64,000 nt of DNA from contig CM052817.1 in NCBI GenBank assembly GCA_028534125.1, positions 8,992,001 to 9,056,000 on the forward strand. Reading direction: 5' to 3'. The notes under the pieces are model-generated. The model did not search any database. It had not been told where the DNA came from and was given only the letters and a program-made list of their open reading frames with translations. Below are positions 57,233 to 64,000 of this stretch, one piece after another. The stretch comes from Lama glama. Lineage: Eukaryota. Position numbers and translations under genes: made by a program. The stretch's first letter is position 1; each line of letters opens with the position of its first letter.

Positions 57233-57940
57233 AAAAGTGAATATGATGTTGTGTTCTTTTCTGGTGCACAGCATAGTGATTCAGTTACACACACACACAT
57301 ATACTTTCCGTATTTTCCATTATAGGTTACTACAAGATGTTGAATATAATTTCCCGGGCTATTCAGTAGGACATTGTTGTTTACCCATTTTATATATAAT
57401 ATTTAGTATCTGCAAATCCCAACCTCCCAATTTATCCCTCCCACACCCCTGGTAACCAAAAGTTTGTTTTCTATGTCTGTGAGTTTATTTCTGTTTTGTA
57501 ACTAAGTTCATTTGTGTCATTTTTTTAAGATTCCACATATAAGTGATATTATATACTTCAACAAAAAAAATGAGAATAAGAATTGAAATGAAAGTGAAGT
57601 GAAATAAATGAAAAGAAATGAAAAATGAGAAGTGGAAAAGAGCAGCCGGCAGCTTTCTGAAATATTTTATAACTTGATTTGAGTGATAATTACATGGATG
57701 TAAATATGTAGGAAAATTCATCAACCTACAAAAGTTTAAAAAAAAATAATAATAGTAACAATAATCATGTGTGTGTAAATTACGATAAAGCAAACATAGC
57801 AAATTTTAACATTTAGGGAATCACATTCAAGAGTATGTGGGAATTCTTTGTATTATTTTTGTACTTTCTGTAAGTATGAAATTATTTCAAAATAATAAAA
57901 ATTCAAAGTAAAAAAAAACTTTTAAAAAAAGTGAATATGA
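57233..57940 (+). mobile_element. L1 insertion with 5' inversion and 3' transduction
   Basis: TSD AAAAGTGAATATGA at 57233-57246 and 57927-57940; inverted L1 3'UTR at 57247-57554; sense L1 terminus tatacttcaacaaaaaaaa at 57552-57570; extra sequence to AATAAA at 57894 and an A-tract at 57910. Confidence 0.85.
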
Positions 57941-58399
57941 CTTAGCTCCAGCCTTTACAGTGACCGTATTTTAGTGATGGACTTGACAAGCACACAAGCA
58001 ATGACCACTCAGGGTAAGTGTGCTGCGCATAGACTCCCTTCCTTCCCATTGTTCTGCCCATCTGACCCCTAAAGCATCACCCGCCTCTACAATCTCTGGG
58101 AAAGAGGCAGTTTATCTCATGTCTTCCCTGGAGGGGTACCCTTGTCAACTGTTTCCACACTTGAAACCTGCTCCACAGCTCTCACAACTGTTTGCTCATG
58201 TCTCAAACTCTAAGTCCCTGACTCCCTGAGAGTCTACTACTGCACCACTGATGGGCCAGGCAGCGGGTAGATGAGGCAGGGCAGGCTTTGCCCTAACACT
58301 GCATTCCCTACAGTAGTGCCACCACACAAAGCTATCTGCATGTTTCTAATGTCACCAAAGGGTGACAATCAAAGTAAAAACACACTAAAATACACTGAA

Positions 58400-59155
58400 A
58401 GCAGCAAATCCTGCCATGTCCACCTCCAGAACATCCCCAAATCAACCACTTCTCCTCGCTGCTAACGAGATCACCCTAAAACCAGCAACTCACAATTACT
58501 TGTAATTTGACTAATGCAACAGGCTCATAACTGATTTCTCAGATTCTACTTTTTATCCTCCTAAGCCCCAAAATCTATTCTCCCTCAACAAACAGAACAA
58601 GTTCACAAAATATAAATTAGATCACATCTGTACTGCATAATCTTTAATAGTTCCATAGCAGTTAAAATTCAAAATCCTCACCATGGTCTTCAAGACCCAG
58701 CTCCTGCTGACTTCCTTCAGCCTGTCTCTGACTTCTCTCCCCCTCACTATCTAGATCCAGATCACAAGCCTTCTCTGTGCCTGGAAGATGCTCAGTTTGT
58801 TTCCACCTCTGGGTCTGTGCATTGACTATTTTATTGTGTCTGAAACCCACTGCCTCCACTTCACGTGGCTGATGCATTTATGTCACATCTCAGCTCAAGT
58901 GGCCCCTCTCCACTGACTATCAGATTTATTCTCTCATCCCTTGAGATGCTAACGAAATATCCACTTTTATTTCTCCCAGAGCTGTTATCATGAGCGTAAC
59001 ACATCCTGTACATGTACTTGCTTTTGTATTTATTGTCTGTCTTGCCCCACCAGGTTTCTAAGCCCCACTAGGAAAAGCATCTTGCTGTCTACATACTTTG
59101 TACCTCTAGCACCTGGTACCTAGTACAAACGACAGTGGCTCAATGCATGAATGGT
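58400..59155 (+). mobile_element. L2 LINE fragment
   Basis: cagcaaatcctgcc...tccacctccagaacatcc...aaatataaattagatcac...tcagctcaagtggcccctct...tacctctagcacctggtac. Confidence 0.75.
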
Positions 59156-61887
59156 TATCCCCCTAATACAAAGGAAAACTGTAAGGAAAGTTGAACTGTC
59201 CACCCTTTTCAGACTGTTTACCAATCTGTAGCTCAGAATATCACCTCTTAAAGCCTCCAGTGTTGATTCCTAACCCACACACACAAGGGTTGTTCTGGAC
59301 ACAGACTCTATGCCCTGCCAGTGTCTGACCCCTTTGCTCTACACCCAGGCACTCAAGGGCATGCAGTCACCATACAGCAGCACATTTCATAAAGTCTGAA
59401 TCTTTCATGTCAAAGTTGCAGCAAAAAATTCCAAGATGAGCTCTGTCCCTCAACATTTATCATAACAGCTCAGCCCCTTCAAATTTTCTTCTCCTGAGTG
59501 AGATGCAGAAGTGCCCCCTCATTCTTCTTTGTCATCAAATGAAAGATATAAGATCAAGAAAATAAGGAAACACATGCATTTTCTGGGGATAAGCAACAAT
59601 TCTCAAACACAATGTCATCTAAATCCACCTTAAGTAAGGGGGATATTTTCCTAAAAGCAAAGATATTGACATAGATGTCATCACCCATTGGTTATAACAT
59701 CTTCCAATATTGTGGAGAACAATGGCCACTTGCCTGCAGACGATGTCCTGGGTCCTTAGTGATTTACGGGAAACAAGACTCCATTCAGAATCATCTGCTC
59801 CACTGACCACCTCTTAACTACCAATAGGCCAGCAGAAGATTTGAAACTATTTTAATGTTTTGGGTTTTTTTGTTTGTTTGTTTGTTTGTTTTGTGCTCTT
59901 TGATCCAAGGCACTTCTTTGCTAGATTGTTTTTCTGTTGTCTTGAGACACAGAAGGGTGGCAAAAAAATCTTTCCAAGCTAGGGAGAAGGCCTATTTTCC
60001 CCAGGAGGAGTTACTTCAAGGTACAGATGAGAGTGATAAACACTGAGTAATTTGACTGCTTGGAGGAGAGGCCTCTGACCCAGCCCAGGGGCGACAGCTG
60101 AGCGTGGCAGAAATGAGAGTAAGAGGTTTGAGAAGGTTTCCCAGGCAGGTGACACTGGAGTCAGCCCTAAAAAGTGAGTAGAGTTTCTAGGCAAGGAAGG
60201 GAGAAGAGAATTTCAGGCTGAATCAGCAAAACCCTGAAGGCAAGTGAGAGCACGAACTATCCTGAGAACCCAGGGGATTTCACAGCTAAAGCAGAAGGAG
60301 GCAGAAGGGAGGAGCAGCAACAGATGTGTCCAAAGAAGTAAGAAAAGTTCCTATCATGAATAACCTCATGACTAGTTAAGTTGGAACTCTTCTCTGAAAG
60401 CAAAAACAAGAGTGGAAGGTTTTAAGCAGAGGAGGATGGCGTCTGGATCTCAGGATTTCATTTTTGCACCAGAGCTTGCCAAGACAACACCCCTCCTCTG
60501 TTGGTGGGTATCATGCCAGGCCCTGTTCGCCTCTCTTGCTGTTTATGCCTGGGCACTGAGTCATCACCAGGTACTGGGATTTCTAAGAACATCAACCACA
60601 AACCATCACCTGAGAAACAGGTTTGTGTTCTTTAGTAAGGAAGAGACCTCACTGAAGTTCCCAGTAATTAAAATAAGAAAACGTTATTCACACAAGGGAC
60701 TGGTAATTAGACTGCTTGTGTTTCCGAATGTCTTGTCTAAATAGATCATGATATTTAGAGGGGAGTTTTGATGTCAGAGGTGTCTTTCTTCTGCCTTCTG
60801 CGTGACTGCTGATCCTCATCCAAAACAAATTGAGGTCTGCTGGCTAATATTTATGTGATAGACCTGACATTTTCCTTCTTAAGGTTATTAATAAGTTACT
60901 GCATAGCAATTCAGGTTCATATGGAAAAAAATAGCTCTTACATATTATCCACACCTACTCATCTAGGCTTCTAAATATCACGTGTGTGTTGAACCATTAT
61001 CCTTCTGAATGACCGGCCCAGCAAGTCAACTGAGGAAAAGATCGATGTTTAGTTGTGTTAATTTGTCTACACTCACTCCACAATTAAAACAGAGCTCAAT
61101 TGTGCAAATGGGGAAAATAGTAATAAAAAGTAATTAGAATATCAATTTGTTAAATTTTGCTAAACTTCAGAGGACTGCCAGGTATGGGCATTAAAGGAAG
61201 GATCAAAAGCTTCCGTTTGCACCTAGCTCTGCTCCTGTGCGATTTTGTTACCTTGGATAAGCTTCCTAGCATTTCTGAACATATCCTCATCTGTAAAATG
61301 GGCTGTGGAAATGGCGTTAATGGGAAGCTCCCCATCAATATTGAAAGCAGGTGTCCTGTTTGGGAGGTAGGGCTATTACTCTCATCACCTCCACTACATT
61401 ACTGAGTTTTTTTTTTTTTTAAACAGTGATTATTGGAAGCCAATGTTACAGTGTTTTTATTGTCACACACAGTCATTTGGGGTTGGTTTGCTTCATTTTG
61501 CTCTTAGCAGGAAAAAATGCTGGATTGAGAGCCAGACAGTATGGGGGCCACATTCTCCAGGTGTGTGACCCTGGTAAGTGACCTAATCTCCCCGAGTCTC
61601 CATTTTCTCATGAGCATAATGACACCCTCTGTCTAAGAGCTGTTGCGGTGATGATGGAAGCCCCCGCGCAGGGCTTAGCTGATGCTTTGCTAGTCCTTAT
61701 TCTCTGTGCTCTGTAGGATAGCTTAGCCGGTACTTTCCACTGGAACAAAGATCTTACCTTGAGGAAAGGCCAATAGGATCAAGAAAAGTAAGCAGTGCCT
61801 TCACCTCTCTGGGAAGCGTTTGTCCTCTGAAGCCTTGTCTCGGGACACTGAGCTTCCCTTACTGTAGGACAGGTCAGGCCATGCTTT

Positions 61888-62636
61888 TTGTTTTTTGTTT
61901 TGTTTTAATTGAAGTATAACTGACTTACAATATATTCGTTTTCAGGTTTACAATAGAATGATTCTATATTTTTATTCATTACGAATGATCACCAGTGTAA
62001 GTCTAGTTACCATACAAAGATATTGCAATACGATTGACCGTATTTCTTAGGCTGTACATTACATCCTCATGACTTAATTATTTTACAACTGGAAGTTTGT
62101 ACCTTTTAATCCTCTTCACCAATTTTGCCCACCCCTTCATTCCCTATCCTTCTGACAACCACTAGTTTATTCTTTGTATCTGTGAACCTCTTTCTGTTTT
62201 GTTACATTTGTTTGCTTGTTTTGTTTTTTAGATTCCACAATAAGTTAAATTATAACATATGTATACGTAGATGTATTATATATCTTCCTTATCTATCATC
62301 TACCAGTGTACACTTAGGTTCCCTCCATGTCTTGACTACTGCAAATAATGCTGCAATGAACTGGGATGCATATATCTTTTCAAATTAGTGTTTTTGTTTT
62401 CTTTGGATAAAAACCCAGAAGTTGAATTGCCATCATATAGTAATTCTATTTTTAATTTTTTGAGAAATCTCCATATTGGTGTTTTTTTTTTATACTGTTT
62501 TCCATAGTGGCTGCACCAATTTACATTCGCATCAATAATGCACAAGGGTTTCCTTTACTCCACATCCTTGCCAACATTTGTTATTTCTTATCTCTTTGAT
62601 AACAGCCATTCTGACATGGGTGGTGTGATATCTCAT
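61888..62636 (-). mobile_element. L1MA-like 3' fragment with an internal deletion
   Basis: ttttaattgaagtataactgacttacaata...gctgtacattacatcctcatgactta...ataatgctgcaatgaac...tactgttttccatagtggctgcaccaatttacatt; minus-strand ORF 62336 (WCSHYGKQY...IWRFLKKLKIEL) is ORF2-like. Confidence 0.88.
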
Positions 62637-62897
62637 GCCATATTTTAATATACTGTTTCTTGTGTCATCTCCACAACTGGACTAATAGTTCTTTAAAGGA
62701 AATCACCAAATTTTTTTCATTATTGTCTCTTCAGGACCATCTACATTGTCTAGCACATGTTCATAAATATCATGACTAAAAATAAAATGAAAGAAATGCA
62801 TTAAGATTTGTATGACTCCATGTGGGTCATAAAAGATAACATATGTACATTTATCAAGAGTGTATACTTATTTCAAGCAACTTTTTTCAATTCCTAC

Positions 62898-62939
62898 TAT
62901 ATGTATGTGTGTGTGTGTATATATGTGTACATATATGTA

Positions 62940-62976
<37 letters not shown>
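62898..62976. repeat. (TG)n/(TA)n compound microsatellite
   Basis: Directly visible. Confidence 0.95.
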
Positions 62977-64000
62977 CTCAGACATCTTAGTAGATTCTAA
63001 ACTATTTTTAAAGATGAGCTCCATAAACAATGAGAAGGAATCTTACAACATGAAAATCAGAACATGTGTTTCAAAAACAGTTGTTGAAGCTCAAGAACTG
63101 AGCATATGAAAAAGAGATCCCGCCTTGAGCCTGTCTAGCAAACGAATGGAACAAGGTTCTCTTTGGAAAGGAAAGAAAATATTATGAATGAAAGCAGGAA
63201 AAATACATTTGGGTTACATCAGAAAAGACTTTAAACATTAGTCTAAGGAATTTCAGATGTGAGCTGTGCACAGAGAGAAGCAACTGCATATTCCTGAGCA
63301 GGAGAATTTGAGAGGAAAAGCACAAATCACAGGTCCTTGCCAGGCACCCACTCCCAAATACAGCCATTGCCTGAGACAGCTTGCTTACATGACTTGTGGG
63401 GAACGGCTCTTTGATTTATCTTTCCTTTATTGGACAAGCTGACCTATATTCTCCTCCCACCTGTTGGTTACTGTTGAGTTACCTGGAATTCAGCTCAGAC
63501 CTGGTACCTAAACATAAAATAAATTATAATTTAAAAATAAAATAAAATAAACTACCACCTCCAAAAAAGAGAAATCTTTCCCTATCTTACAGCCCATTGC
63601 CTCCTTCCCCACTTCCTTTTTCCTGTCAAGAATTGTTAATGGATTATAAGAGATACAATGGACCTCACCATGGACCCAGCCTTCATAGAGCTTACATTAT
63701 CCAGATAATTGTACAAATACATCACTGTAAATTTTGATGAGTGCTTTATGAAGGAAGAGTGTTGGGTACTAGGAGAGCAGATAACAAGGTAATCTGATCT
63801 CTTCTTGGAACTCAGGGCCTTTTTTTTTTTTAACTGTGAAAGGGTTGTTTAAACCTCAACAGTCAATACAAACATCACTGGTGTGTGTGCTCATGGGTGT
63901 GCATGTGTACAAGGGACATGGGTAACATTACTAGGAAAGGAGAACATCATGTATATCTATCGCCAGGTGTGAGGAAAGATGGTTCTTGAACAATTAAAGA

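Overview
Mammalian genomic DNA, AT-rich and dense in repeats (MIR, L2, old L1M, MLT1 LTRs, hAT MERs), with a 500-N assembly gap at 37320-37819. A tRNA-derived SINE of vic-1 type at 23641 suggests a camelid. I see no functional multi-exon gene, and almost all ORF-track entries look like noise. The main object is a young, 5'-truncated processed copy of POLR2A (13091-14425). It holds the last 40 CTD heptads through ...[14 protein letters not shown] in an unbroken frame that the ORF track misses, followed by the 3'UTR, AATAAA and a poly(A) tail. It is joined at its 5' end to about 365 bp of GC/CpG-rich sequence that is not POLR2A coding sequence, and a short candidate target-site duplication (TSD) flanks both parts, which suggests a chimeric retrocopy. 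Two other notable items: an L1 insertion at 57233-57940 combining a twin-priming inversion with a ~340-bp 3' transduction, and an 18/21 match to the REST RE1 motif at 17941. Repeat family names come from recalled consensus sequences, not from a search, and boundaries of old repeats are approximate.
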